IMG/VR virus record: IMGVR_UViG_3300025152_000001
Reading direction: 5' to 3' (one strand)
Source: a virus
DNA length: 48,454 nt
Below the pieces are notes generated by a model, which worked only from the letters and a program-made list of their open reading frames with translations, made no database searches and had not been told where the DNA came from. Each line of letters begins with the position of its first letter. Position 1 is the first letter of the stretch. Shown piece by piece: positions 24,818 to 34,506 of this stretch. The translations under genes were made by a program, and so were the position numbers.

Positions 24818-27800
24818 TTAGATAGTTCTTTCCTTAACATTATATTTTGTTAGTGCACGATAAAGAGTTAAGTCTACAGCATCATCTGTGTAGAACTTGT
24901 ATTTTATATCCCTTCCATTAGCATAGCCATTATATAAATATCTCTGTTCACCATCTCCCTGCGTCAAATCAATAGAACCAAGGTCTGTAAATATTCCAGA
25001 ATTGTTTATATCATAGGATATGTCTAGTGTTCCCACTGCTGATTGCGGTTCAAAGAATACATTGGTTTCCTTAAACCATTTATCCTGTCCCTTGTTTATC
25101 ACCCCAAATCTGCCAGTGACCCAATAAGAAACAATATCTTCTATATGGTCTACATCACCGTAATTAAATTTTAACCCAGAGAATAAACTAAATATACTCC
25201 CATCTACAGAACTACCAAAATAAGGGTTCTGGATGAACGTAGATAAAGAACCAACGGGGTAATCCTTAATGTTCTGAAACTGCCACATCTTATCTATGCA
25301 CATTCCAGTGTTTGCATATTTATCTCCCTCTATCTGTCCAAATAGAAAATAGCGGTTGTTATATACCATACTAGCCATTTGAGTAGTAGGGATTGTTGAA
25401 CCAGAAGAAGTAATCCAGTTTACAACAACAGAATCAATAAAAGGTATTTCATTGTATTTATTAGTGTTGAGTTCGGCTCTCCACTGAATCCATCTGTTTC
25501 CGTCTGTCTCTGGTATCTTTTGCCCCGGAGTTGCAACGTGCCAATTGGCTGTGGATAAATCTCCAGATGATGTTGCCGACCTTGTAAAGTAGTTAATAGT
25601 TTGGTTAGCAAACGTGCTGGATGCTTCAAATGTATACCATTTCCCAGATGCAGTCCCAATATCGTTTGTTTGTGATATAAATGTTCCGCCACAAGGTACA
25701 ATCATCTTTAACACTGGTGCGGTAGTATAAGGAGTTAATGACGTTAATGTTGCATACACCCTAAAATATTCCAGCATTGTTATAGATGTGACATCTGTCC
25801 ATTTAAAATTATATACATCTGTTGTGGTTGGTAAGGGATATAATGTGGCGGTAGTCCAATCTGCTAAATCAGTTGCCGCTGTTCTTATAGATAACGAAAG
25901 AGTGCTACCACTAGGTATGGTCATATTTCCAACGAAATTTCCCAACACATCTGGGGAACTTGTCACCCTTCTTATGGTCGGAGATTCCCAAGTTACTGCT
26001 GTGGGTGAGTAGGCATTAGTGTTGCCAGTTAAGGTTATATTATCTACTCCACCGTACACTCTATAGTTTATATAACCAGCATCTGGAGTAGTGTCTTCTC
26101 CGTAAAATCTTGCAGAAATATTTATAGTTCCAGAAGCATAATTAAATGTGTCACTAGTCATTGTTCTGGAATATGGGACTTCCAACCCAGAAGATGGAAC
26201 AACTCCGGTTTTGTATGCCGTGTCTAATAATGCAACTATTTTTAAAGATTGACCATAATACGAAGAGCCGGGATTGAATGAAAACGTCTGCCAAGAGCCC
26301 GTTGTAGTAGCAACTGAATACAGTAAAACATTTGCCGATGTGTAAACTCTAACATATAAAACAGCATCATATTGCTGAGTTGGATAACTATTTCTATTCC
26401 GTGTTAAATCTATCACCCCTAGTGCAAATTTAGAACCAGATAGTGGAGTCCATTGGTCTACATACCACAAGGTGGTAGTACCAGTTTCGGCAGTCCACTC
26501 TCCACCGTTCCAATTAGTAATACCAGATTCAAAGTCTGGGTTTGCAATTACAGTGTTACTATTTTTTATAGTTATAGCATCTGTGACGGTGTCAACATCT
26601 GCTTGTGCTGATAATGTTCCAGTTTGCCAATCTGCCTTACTTTGCCACACCCTCTGTTTTAATGCACCAGAATGGTCGTCCCCAGTATAATCAAAAAGAT
26701 TAGTACCAGTTGTTCCAGCTGCGAAATCTTCTTCTATAGCCTGAATCCAACTACCATAATTAACCAAAGACTGTTGAAATTTCTCGTAAGTGGGTTTTAC
26801 TGGGTCAGATATTCTTATCGGAGAAAAACTCTCATCCATACGATAAAGACCGTCTTTACCAGAGAATAATATACTGTTATCCTTTACTTGCACAGACCGA
26901 CCTAATGTACAACCTATTCCAAACTCTCTAGGCATCCAGTCAAAATTAGAACCCATTTCTCCAGTGAGGACATAGAATATCCTATTTAGAAATATTACAG
27001 TGCGTTCTCCAAATGCTATACCCCTTGTTATGTAATCTCCAGTATCAAGAGCCAAATCTTTTGCAAATGTGTTACTAAACCAACCTGCTTCTGTTGGCAG
27101 TTTTGTTTCGTCAGTGTAATAAACCGTAGCTAGATTTCCCTCGGCATATCCTATCATTAGTGTAGCACCTTGATGATTCCAAATATGTCTTCCACGAGGA
27201 ACCCAGAAAGCCGCACCGTGAGCCGCATTAAATGTTATTGTTTGTTCTGCGTCTGTATAAGCCATAACCCAGTCTGAACCGTTAGTGAAATAACAATCAC
27301 CATCATAAGTACAAAATTCGTGTTCATATGAAGAATTAAATCCACTGGCTACCGGGGTAAACGTTATCCCATCTGTTGAAGCCCATACCGTTTGACCATC
27401 AGAAGCCATTAACTTTCTTGAACCATCTGTCTGGAAATATTCAGCCATAGTCCTAACTGGCTTTAAAGCCCTAATATCATCTATGAATATAGTATGAGCA
27501 ATATTTTGGTCTCTATTGGAATTAAGAGCAACAATGGTTATTGCCGTGTTTGACGAAGGGTCTACCATTGGAACTGTGACATAAGTCCATTCATAAGCAG
27601 TAATGGGAACATCTATTGACATATCTTCTTCTAGTCCAACAGCATCACTTAATTGTACACTTAAATCCCCTTTCAATAAGTCAATGCTAGAATATATCCA
27701 AAGTCCAACTCTCTTGAACTCTGATATATCTATTGCTGTTATATCTTTATGTGCTATAACTCCAGTGGTGAAGGTAGCAGTTATAACGTTTTTAGAATCA

Positions 27801-28558
27801 TAAGTCCCAACCTTGGGGGTTATTACGTTAGTTCCTATTGTGGTAGTTGTATCTGCGGTACTTGTCACTTCCGAAGAAGCTGTCCAAGCTGTTTCACATA
27901 ACTCAACAGGAAAGAACCCCGTGCTAAATGTTTCAATATTATCTATATAAATTGTATTTGCACCAACATTAGCTGGTACGTTTATACCAATAGAAATAAC
28001 AGCATCTCTAGTTGCCGCCGCTGATGCAAAATTAAGATTAACATAATACCAAGTATTTGCCAATAAGGTGGGTATGTCTATACTTTCTGCGTTTGGAGTT
28101 CCTCCACAAGCGGTTGTTTCTGACAATACAAACTCATAATCACCAGCCGTCACACCAGTTGTAAACTTAACATAAAATCCTACAGATGTATAACCCGATA
28201 AGTCCTTTGCCGAGAAATTAGAATAGGCTGCAATTCCAGTAGTGAAGGCGGCATCTATTACTATCTTGTTTGTATATGTTCCAATAACAGTTGTAGTGTT
28301 GTCTGCTGTAGTAGTGACATTTGAAACTAGCTGACCACTCCCACCACTTGTCCACACGGCTTCGCAATTATGAACCAATAGTTTAGAACCAATATTACCA
28401 GTTTTAACAAACCCCGGAAGTTTCTTAATGGTTCCGACAACTTCGTCAGTCAGTACATTTTGATTATCAGAGGCTTCCGCTTCTGTAAGATACAGTTCGG
28501 GAGTTGCTGTCGCAAGACCCTTAAACCCACTGTGAGATAAAATTTGACTTTCTATCAT
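24818..28558 (-). CDS. large tail protein (1246 aa) with two N-terminal copies of a jelly-roll/CBM-like domain
   Basis: Length and position. aa 64-211 and 220-365 are paralogous to each other and to aa 115-260 of 29661..30596. Confidence 0.65.
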   Translation of the reverse strand: MIESQILSHSGFKGLATATPELYLTEAEASDNQNVLTDEVVGTIKKLPGFVKTGNIGSKLLVHNCEAVWTSGGSGQLVSNVTTTADNTTTVIGTYTNKIVIDAAFTTGIAAYSNFSAKDLSGYTSVGFYVKFTTGVTAGDYEFVLSETTACGGTPNAESIDIPTLLANTWYYVNLNFASAAATRDAVISIGINVPANVGANTIYIDNIETFSTGFFPVELCETAWTASSEVTSTADTTTTIGTNVITPKVGTYDSKNVITATFTTGVIAHKDITAIDISEFKRVGLWIYSSIDLLKGDLSVQLSDAVGLEEDMSIDVPITAYEWTYVTVPMVDPSSNTAITIVALNSNRDQNIAHTIFIDDIRALKPVRTMAEYFQTDGSRKLMASDGQTVWASTDGITFTPVASGFNSSYEHEFCTYDGDCYFTNGSDWVMAYTDAEQTITFNAAHGAAFWVPRGRHIWNHQGATLMIGYAEGNLATVYYTDETKLPTEAGWFSNTFAKDLALDTGDYITRGIAFGERTVIFLNRIFYVLTGEMGSNFDWMPREFGIGCTLGRSVQVKDNSILFSGKDGLYRMDESFSPIRISDPVKPTYEKFQQSLVNYGSWIQAIEEDFAAGTTGTNLFDYTGDDHSGALKQRVWQSKADWQTGTLSAQADVDTVTDAITIKNSNTVIANPDFESGITNWNGGEWTAETGTTTLWYVDQWTPLSGSKFALGVIDLTRNRNSYPTQQYDAVLYVRVYTSANVLLYSVATTTGSWQTFSFNPGSSYYGQSLKIVALLDTAYKTGVVPSSGLEVPYSRTMTSDTFNYASGTINISARFYGEDTTPDAGYINYRVYGGVDNITLTGNTNAYSPTAVTWESPTIRRVTSSPDVLGNFVGNMTIPSGSTLSLSIRTAATDLADWTTATLYPLPTTTDVYNFKWTDVTSITMLEYFRVYATLTSLTPYTTAPVLKMIVPCGGTFISQTNDIGTASGKWYTFEASSTFANQTINYFTRSATSSGDLSTANWHVATPGQKIPETDGNRWIQWRAELNTNKYNEIPFIDSVVVNWITSSGSTIPTTQMASMVYNNRYFLFGQIEGDKYANTGMCIDKMWQFQNIKDYPVGSLSTFIQNPYFGSSVDGSIFSLFSGLKFNYGDVDHIEDIVSYWVTGRFGVINKGQDKWFKETNVFFEPQSAVGTLDISYDINNSGIFTDLGSIDLTQGDGEQRYLYNGYANGRDIKYKFYTDDAVDLTLYRALTKYNVKERTI

Positions 28559-28560
28559 TT

Positions 28561-29460
28561 TTACCTTCTTGAATTATAAATCATTGGTATAAAGGAATCT
28601 GAACGGTCTTCCTTATTGCTTAAATCATACACGCACTGTCTAGCCATCTCAAAATATTCTTTCTTGTATAATTGAGCTTCTTCTATCTCCCTACCACGTA
28701 TTAAAAGTTTCCAAGTGGCGAACAATAAAGGTGCTTCTGTGTATTCCTCTAAAAGAAGTTCTGCATTAAAAGGAACATCTACCACGTCTATCATATCTTC
28801 TGGTCTTATAAGAGCGTGTACATAAGCAGAATCCATATAAGAATAAGTGACAGTGTATGTCGTTCCTGCTGTGGGAGCACCAGAAACCCAAGTGATAACT
28901 CCCAATGCTTCTGTATAGTTTGTAGTGTAGGTTAATATTGTACCAGAACTATTGGTCACCACTGCTGTAGTGGAAAATAATACTGTATTGGTATGTGCCA
29001 GTGTGTCTGTAGTGCTGGAACCCCTTGTAACTGTTTCCGTTATTTCTATACTTGCAGGTGCTGGTACTAAACCTAAATTCTTTAAAGCCCTGATATAGTA
29101 TTTACTGGGGGTAGATGCGTCTTGGTCTCTCCAACCATTGCTTATTAAATCCAACTTCTGTATACTTGTCGGTTCTAATCTCTTATCATTTACAATAACC
29201 CCACCCTCGGCATCTATCTGTAATATGTTGGTAGGTATAGACGAGGCTAAAGATATATCATATTCCTGTTGACCGTCAACAAGGGTTAAAGGGGTCTTGG
29301 TAGTTAAAGACCTAGTTCTACGAATAAAGTCTTTCTGACCGTTATTTAAAAAGCCGTCTCTTACTGAAACATCTCCATATACACCAACTTCTGTTCCAGA
29401 TATACGAAGATTATCACAAAGAGATGCTCGAAGTTGACTTAATGTCCAATACTGTGCCAT
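28561..29460 (-). CDS. virion structural protein (299 aa), adaptor-like position
   Basis: Immediately upstream of the 1246-aa tail protein. N-terminus ..TLSQLRASLCDNL...NNGQKDFIRRT...GQQEYDI is typical of phage head-tail joining proteins (a memory-based impression). Confidence 0.5.
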   Translation of the reverse strand: MAQYWTLSQLRASLCDNLRISGTEVGVYGDVSVRDGFLNNGQKDFIRRTRSLTTKTPLTLVDGQQEYDISLASSIPTNILQIDAEGGVIVNDKRLEPTSIQKLDLISNGWRDQDASTPSKYYIRALKNLGLVPAPASIEITETVTRGSSTTDTLAHTNTVLFSTTAVVTNSSGTILTYTTNYTEALGVITWVSGAPTAGTTYTVTYSYMDSAYVHALIRPEDMIDVVDVPFNAELLLEEYTEAPLLFATWKLLIRGREIEEAQLYKKEYFEMARQCVYDLSNKEDRSDSFIPMIYNSRR

Positions 29461-29472
29461 TTTATCTCCGTG

Positions 29473-29661
29473 TTATTTACTATCAACGCAACGTCCGCAA
29501 ATTAATTTCCCACGTTGGCTTACTAAATAATTAGCAGGAATAGATATAGAGCAGATATCACACTCACGTTTTCCCTTATCATTCATAAAGGAAGGTTTTG
29601 TGTTAGTCCGCTCTATATTTTTCTCTCTGTATGTACGTTGTTGTCTTTTTGGCGATTCCAT
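29473..29661 (-). CDS. small zinc-ribbon protein (62 aa)
   Basis: Internal ATG forming a TAATG overlap with the upstream stop. CDIC...CGRC. Confidence 0.45.
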   Translation of the reverse strand: MESPKRQQRTYREKNIERTNTKPSFMNDKGKRECDICSISIPANYLVSQRGKLICGRCVDSK

Positions 29662-30596
29662 TATCTTATAGAATCCTCTGACCACGTAAATTCGAAGCAA
29701 ATTGCCGCCTGTATAACATCAGTGTTTGCTATACCAACAGTCGTGCAAACTAAATCACCATACGGGCTTCCCAATGCAGACCCGCTCTGTAAACTAGGGA
29801 ACTGCTGTGAACGTTTTATAAATCTTACGTTGTCAATATACAACACAGCCGCTCCAAAATCTCTGTTCGCCCATAAACCATGAGAAGAAATAACATCTCT
29901 GGCTGTGGTGGCTCCAGTGAAATAGAGTTTAACGAAATACCACTTATCTGCTTCCATTGCAAAAGGTATATTAAGAGTTTCGTCAGGCGAGGCAAGGACT
30001 GTTGATTCGTCAGTACAGAAAGCCAAGTCGCTGGGCTGTAATGCTACCGAGGAACGAATATAGAAACTCACTCCTTCCCACTCGTCACCACTATCGGTGG
30101 CTCCAGTGATATATGCAATCTTGCCTGTGGTGAACCCTGCGGCAAGAGTTAGTTTTTGTGAAGTAGGTGTGGCATCTGTCGTATCTGGTACAACTATAGT
30201 GGTTTCGTCTGCCGCTGTCACATTAGTAGTAGCAGTCCACGTAGTCGCACAATTATCCCACATTTCAGAAGTGGGACTCTTTAGACCCTGTTTCCATTTA
30301 TAGGTTTCTCCAATATTGAGAGTTGGGGATATGACACTACAAACAGGAAGGTCTGTTGCAAAGTCAATTTCCCAAGATAAACCAGTACACGTACCGTCAA
30401 CCTTTGTGTATATACTGTGGAGTTTTATTCCCAGAGGGTAGGGTGTTTCGGTAAACGCTGTTGAAAGGTCTATGATAACTTGGTCAGCCCAGTTATCGGT
30501 TGCTGCGGATGTTGCGTATACATCAAGATGGTTAAGACCGTGCCTTATCCATCCTCTCCTAGAATTTTTTACTAAAACGGGAACCGGTGCAGACAT
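29661..30596 (-). CDS. virion-module protein (311 aa) carrying one copy of the CBM-like domain
   Basis: GGAGGA SD. aa 115-260 (NCATTWT...FTTGKIAY...VLYIDNVRFI) are paralogous to the two copies in 24818..28558. Confidence 0.6.
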   Translation of the reverse strand: MSAPVPVLVKNSRRGWIRHGLNHLDVYATSAATDNWADQVIIDLSTAFTETPYPLGIKLHSIYTKVDGTCTGLSWEIDFATDLPVCSVISPTLNIGETYKWKQGLKSPTSEMWDNCATTWTATTNVTAADETTIVVPDTTDATPTSQKLTLAAGFTTGKIAYITGATDSGDEWEGVSFYIRSSVALQPSDLAFCTDESTVLASPDETLNIPFAMEADKWYFVKLYFTGATTARDVISSHGLWANRDFGAAVLYIDNVRFIKRSQQFPSLQSGSALGSPYGDLVCTTVGIANTDVIQAAICFEFTWSEDSIR

Positions 30597-30653
30597 AAAT
30601 CCTCCATTAGCAAGTTAGACTTGCCATGCAGTAAACGCTTGACACGTCTACCG

Positions 30654-31532
30654 CTAATTTCCACCCTTGGCAATATGTCTTAGCCTTGCCTCTGGTATGG
30701 AACAAACTTTCTTAATCCAAGGTAAATATTTGTCTAATATTTCTTCCGTGAAAAAACCACTTTTGTTTAAGTATCTAAATTGTGCGTCACTTATTAATGC
30801 TCCATTATATCCGTTGTTAGAGCAGAACGCCACTTTCTCGTCTTGCCCATATATATCTTCTGGGAGTAGTTGTATAATCTCATAAAGCATTTTAGTCCAT
30901 ATCTCAACGTGTTTGGGTAACCACACTGGAACCATTTGCGTTTGAAATGTTGTTAGCGAGTATGGTATTATAACCATCGGATTATTGTTTTTAGCTATCC
31001 CGTCAAGCAATGCTGCTAAATGCGGGTACTCGTAACCACGGTATTTATTCTTATCGTATGCCTTTATTGTATCTCTGTGTAATATCGTAGACCCAACTAA
31101 TGTAGAGTGCCATGCAAAATTCTTGAGAAACTTATTTCTATCTTCCTCTATAAAGGGTTTACCAAACAAACTTAACCTGTGCATAGAATTAACTAAAACA
31201 GCGGAGTAGGTACCTTGGTTTAAAAAATCCATTATACACGGCAAAGAGCCAGTATCTATGGTCATCTTATTACCGATAATCCATACATATTCTGCATCTA
31301 CATTTTCACAAGCAAATTGGTATGAATCATCAAAATTTAGGTCTTTACTATGCTTGTAATATTTAAACTGCGGATATCTTTTAACAAACTCAGTGTTATC
31401 GTCTTTTACGCTGTTGTCAAATATGTAAAACGGTATATCACTGTTCTTTAATATCTTAGCATGGTGCTCAAGGTTCTTAGCCATTGCTTCTTTATTGTCC
31501 CGTAGTAGAACTCCAATCCCAAGTTTTGACAA
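30654..31532 (-). CDS. possible glycosyltransferase-like protein (292 aa, TTG start)
   Basis: AAGGAG SD 5 nt before the TTG. The N-terminal pattern GIGVLLRDN...FYIFDNSVKDDNTEFV...AEYVWIIGNKM loosely resembles a GT-A fold but has no clear DxD motif. Confidence 0.35.
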   Translation of the reverse strand: MSKLGIGVLLRDNKEAMAKNLEHHAKILKNSDIPFYIFDNSVKDDNTEFVKRYPQFKYYKHSKDLNFDDSYQFACENVDAEYVWIIGNKMTIDTGSLPCIMDFLNQGTYSAVLVNSMHRLSLFGKPFIEEDRNKFLKNFAWHSTLVGSTILHRDTIKAYDKNKYRGYEYPHLAALLDGIAKNNNPMVIIPYSLTTFQTQMVPVWLPKHVEIWTKMLYEIIQLLPEDIYGQDEKVAFCSNNGYNGALISDAQFRYLNKSGFFTEEILDKYLPWIKKVCSIPEARLRHIAKGGN

Positions 31533-31553
31533 AGATGCTCCTTTGTTAAGGTC

Positions 31554-31578
31554 GGGGTGAGATTTTAAGTCCCACCCC
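31554..31578 (-). terminator. stable hairpin downstream of the beta-helix gene (attenuator/terminator candidate)
   Basis: On the minus strand, ggggtggga-cttaaaa-tctcacccc forms a 9-bp stem (one G-U). No U-tract follows. Confidence 0.35.
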
Positions 31579-31589
31579 TAACCAAAATG

Positions 31590-32495
31590 TTAAGCCTGTG
31601 CTCCGTAATTAACTGGAGGTACTGAAATTGCTCCACCAGAACTTGTGGAGAACTCATTGTCTATCGCCTGAGTGGCTGCAATTCCGTGTGTAAGAGCAGC
31701 GGAATTAACAGCATCAGTTATACCCCTGTTTCCGACATACATAAACTTGTCAGAAGCATCGGCAACAACCTGAGTAACCGTGTCGAAGTAGTTACGAGCA
31801 ACAAGACCCTGTTGAGTAGCACAGGTTACACTTGAAGCAACACTAAGACCAATCGCACCAGATTCAATATAATTATCTACAATCTCTATTCCTCTGAACT
31901 CTCCAGCAAGAAGTGAAATCGCAGCGGTTGTGAATAAACCAGTGAACTTACAACCCTTAATTTTAAGGTAGTCCACTCCAGCGGCTCTAATACCCGTGGT
32001 TGCAGTAGCAACAGCTCTACCGTCAAATACACAGCCGATAAATTCCATACCAATCTGTTCATTAGGAATATCAACCATTATACCTGCGGCACTGTTCTCA
32101 AATCCCACGTTAATAAAACGCATACCCTGATATACTGTGGTGTCAAATACATGAACACCCTTTATTACAGCCATAGGTTTATTATCACAAGAACCTACAC
32201 CTATAATATCGGTCTTCTCTGCACCTACAGTGAGCGATTCTACAAAACGGTCACCAGCAATAAATATGGTGTTACGTCTTGCCCATCTGTCAGCACCTCT
32301 CGCTATATCAAGAGTGCTTAATGCACAAGCACGAGCGATAGTCTTAAGGGCATCATCCCAAGAAAGACCTTTATTCTGGTCGCTTCCGCTATTACCATCA
32401 ACAAAGAAGGTAGTACCAGATGTGTCCCTTACACTATCACCATATATCGGTATTCCAAAACTAGTAATCCCGTTAGGGAAATTTGTTAATCCCAT
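31590..32495 (-). CDS. beta-helix-like virion protein (301 aa) directly downstream of the major capsid gene
   Basis: Internal ATG with GAGGAG SD. MGLTNFPNGITSFGIPIYG.., then FFVDGNSGSDQNKGLSWDDALKTIARA and repeated short beta turns. Confidence 0.55.
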   Translation of the reverse strand: MGLTNFPNGITSFGIPIYGDSVRDTSGTTFFVDGNSGSDQNKGLSWDDALKTIARACALSTLDIARGADRWARRNTIFIAGDRFVESLTVGAEKTDIIGVGSCDNKPMAVIKGVHVFDTTVYQGMRFINVGFENSAAGIMVDIPNEQIGMEFIGCVFDGRAVATATTGIRAAGVDYLKIKGCKFTGLFTTAAISLLAGEFRGIEIVDNYIESGAIGLSVASSVTCATQQGLVARNYFDTVTQVVADASDKFMYVGNRGITDAVNSAALTHGIAATQAIDNEFSTSSGGAISVPPVNYGAQA

Positions 32496-32531
32496 TTTAA
32501 TCTCCTCTAGGAACACGGTGTTTTCTGTGCC

Positions 32532-32590
32532 AAGTAGAATTGCACTACTTCTTACCCTTTTTATTGGGTGATGTTTAAGGTACACCACCC
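32532..32590 (-). terminator. two hairpins immediately after the major capsid gene
   Basis: 32566-32590 (gggtgatg/caccaccc, 7-8 bp) and 32532-32550 (aagtag/ctactt, 6 bp). No U-tract, so the function is uncertain. Confidence 0.3.
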
Positions 32591-32615
32591 GAAACCTTTA
32601 TTCTTTAATGCTAAA

Positions 32616-33542
32616 TCAACCGCCGGAACTTCCCCACGTACCACGCCAGTCTATGGCTCCAAACCGATACCTTTCATACCCTTTATAGAGCATTGCATCG
32701 GTGTTGAAATCAACCTCTGAATCCGTTTCCAGACCAATTCTCTGAAAGAGTTTCAGTTTGTGAATGTTCGTACCACAGAGCAGGAACCAAGCATCGGGGT
32801 CTGTCAGGAAGTCATTTACTACAACCTGTAAACTCAATGTCTTAATCCAATTCTCTGAGTTATTCGCATTCTCAGGAGTTTTGATAGAAGCAACAAGCTG
32901 GTATGCTTTCTCTTCGTTGTCAGGGTGAACCAAGAGAACAGAAGGTCTAAGACCCGGCTGCCACAGTTTCCCACTATCCGAAAGAGTTGCACGAACCGCA
33001 TTAATGGCATCCTTGAGGGAAGCAGCATTAAGGTCAACACCCGCAGTTTCGGGTCTATTGTAATCCGTTCCACCTGTCTTTTTAAGAGGGTGAGTGAACA
33101 GAGTTGCATCTCCAAACAAGGGTTCACTATCCGCATAGACATAGCTATCCGAGAAACCATTGTTGAAAATGTTTGCACCGTTGACGTTCTTGGTGTAGAT
33201 GAATGACTTAGCAAGTTCCCCTGCCATATTTTTCATCTGACCATATCTTTCGTCATCAAATGCTTCCCTAGTGATTTTAAACCCTAATTTGTAGAGTTTA
33301 ATAACTGAACTAGAGTTATAACCTTCGCCGGGGGTGTCATACGTGAGAGCAGCACCTTCGCTCGACTCAGGAACCTGTCCAAACCCGTAAGTGGGCTGGG
33401 CATCAAACGTGCTACCAGTTGCGGTTTCCGTTCCAAACAGTCCTTCCCATTGTTTCGGTATTGACTTTGCTTCATTACTAAACGCCATATCCAATCTTGA
33501 CGTAAGTAAATGAGGTATATTACCAGTTGTAAGTATAGACAT
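32616..33542 (-). CDS. major capsid protein
   Basis: 308 aa. Position after the scaffold and decoration-like genes, strong SD (GGAGGG), typical size, and followed by hairpins. Confidence 0.7.
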   Translation of the reverse strand: MSILTTGNIPHLLTSRLDMAFSNEAKSIPKQWEGLFGTETATGSTFDAQPTYGFGQVPESSEGAALTYDTPGEGYNSSSVIKLYKLGFKITREAFDDERYGQMKNMAGELAKSFIYTKNVNGANIFNNGFSDSYVYADSEPLFGDATLFTHPLKKTGGTDYNRPETAGVDLNAASLKDAINAVRATLSDSGKLWQPGLRPSVLLVHPDNEEKAYQLVASIKTPENANNSENWIKTLSLQVVVNDFLTDPDAWFLLCGTNIHKLKLFQRIGLETDSEVDFNTDAMLYKGYERYRFGAIDWRGTWGSSGG

Positions 33543-33556
33543 ATTTTAACCCTCCG

Positions 33557-34045
33557 TTATGCTCCGATTGCTGTCTGTAAACAAGCAGACATAACCGTGC
33601 AGAGATAACGACCATACTGGTCGCCGACAGCCATATTATCACGCTTGTCTATTCCTATCACCACCAAAGAAGGTGTCGTCTGGTCGGTATTGTCAATCCT
33701 GATTATGTCAGAAACATTTTCAATAGGATATTTCAATCCGACAGAAGCAACAGCAGTGATTGCCGAAGCAGCCGTGCTATTGTACACCGACAGTGATAAG
33801 ATACTCGAAGGTGTTAAAACAACTACGTTGATAGCGGTATCAGTCGTTCCGGTCGCATCAGTCGCAGCAACACCCAGAATCGTTACACCGTTATCAGGAC
33901 ACACTGTCACCTTTCCAGAAGCAAGATACACCAAGTCGCCGCATTTAAACGTCTGACTTGCCGCTTCAGGGAAAGACAACATTGACCCGTGGTCGCCGTT
34001 AAGCTCTCCCACGTATTCACTACGTCTTACTGTTTGTACAGCCAT
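33557..34045 (-). CDS. head decoration-like protein (162 aa; DUF2190-like impression)
   Basis: Immediately upstream of the capsid gene. The FKCGDLVYLASGKVTV motif and Ala/Thr/Val-rich beta composition. Confidence 0.45.
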   Translation of the reverse strand: MAVQTVRRSEYVGELNGDHGSMLSFPEAASQTFKCGDLVYLASGKVTVCPDNGVTILGVAATDATGTTDTAINVVVLTPSSILSLSVYNSTAASAITAVASVGLKYPIENVSDIIRIDNTDQTTPSLVVIGIDKRDNMAVGDQYGRYLCTVMSACLQTAIGA

Positions 34046-34080
34046 GTTAAATCCTCCTCGTAATTACAGAGGGAGGAACA

Positions 34081-34497
34081 TTAACGATTGTCAATTAACT
34101 CTACATCGTTCTTATCCGCTTCCTCTTGTAATCTCTGTTTATCTCCAGAAATTTGCGTTTTCCACATATTCTGGTAGTATTTATCTCTTTCCTTGCAAAC
34201 AGAAGATAGACAACGCATGAGGATAGTACCCCGTAATTCCCAAGCACCAGAAGCATTAGCTTTTCCAGCAACAGGTTTAATTTTGGTTACTTCGTCCTTT
34301 GATACTATTTCAAATCCCTCGTCAGTACGCCTTTCGGCATCATCAAGGTTTATGTATCTATAAGAATAGTTCTTATCCCTATAATCCCATCTTTTGAATG
34401 AGAATGGACTTTTTTTACCAAACTTATGTTTTACTGCCGTGTCTTCGCTTTTTATCTCTGGCACTTCTTCTTCGACTTTCGATGATTTGATAGCCAT
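34081..34497 (-). CDS. hypothetical head-module protein (138 aa)
   Basis: GGAGGA SD. Sits between the scaffold and decoration-like genes. Confidence 0.55.
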   Translation of the reverse strand: MAIKSSKVEEEVPEIKSEDTAVKHKFGKKSPFSFKRWDYRDKNYSYRYINLDDAERRTDEGFEIVSKDEVTKIKPVAGKANASGAWELRGTILMRCLSSVCKERDKYYQNMWKTQISGDKQRLQEEADKNDVELIDNR

Positions 34498-34506
34498 AGT
34501 TCCTCC

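Noticed and set aside
24818-30596. Diversity-generating retroelement targeting the repeated CBM-like domains or the LRR genes
   Set aside because: No reverse transcriptase ORF exists anywhere in the window. There is no template/variable repeat pair with adenine-specific mismatches. The domain copies are diverged at all base types.
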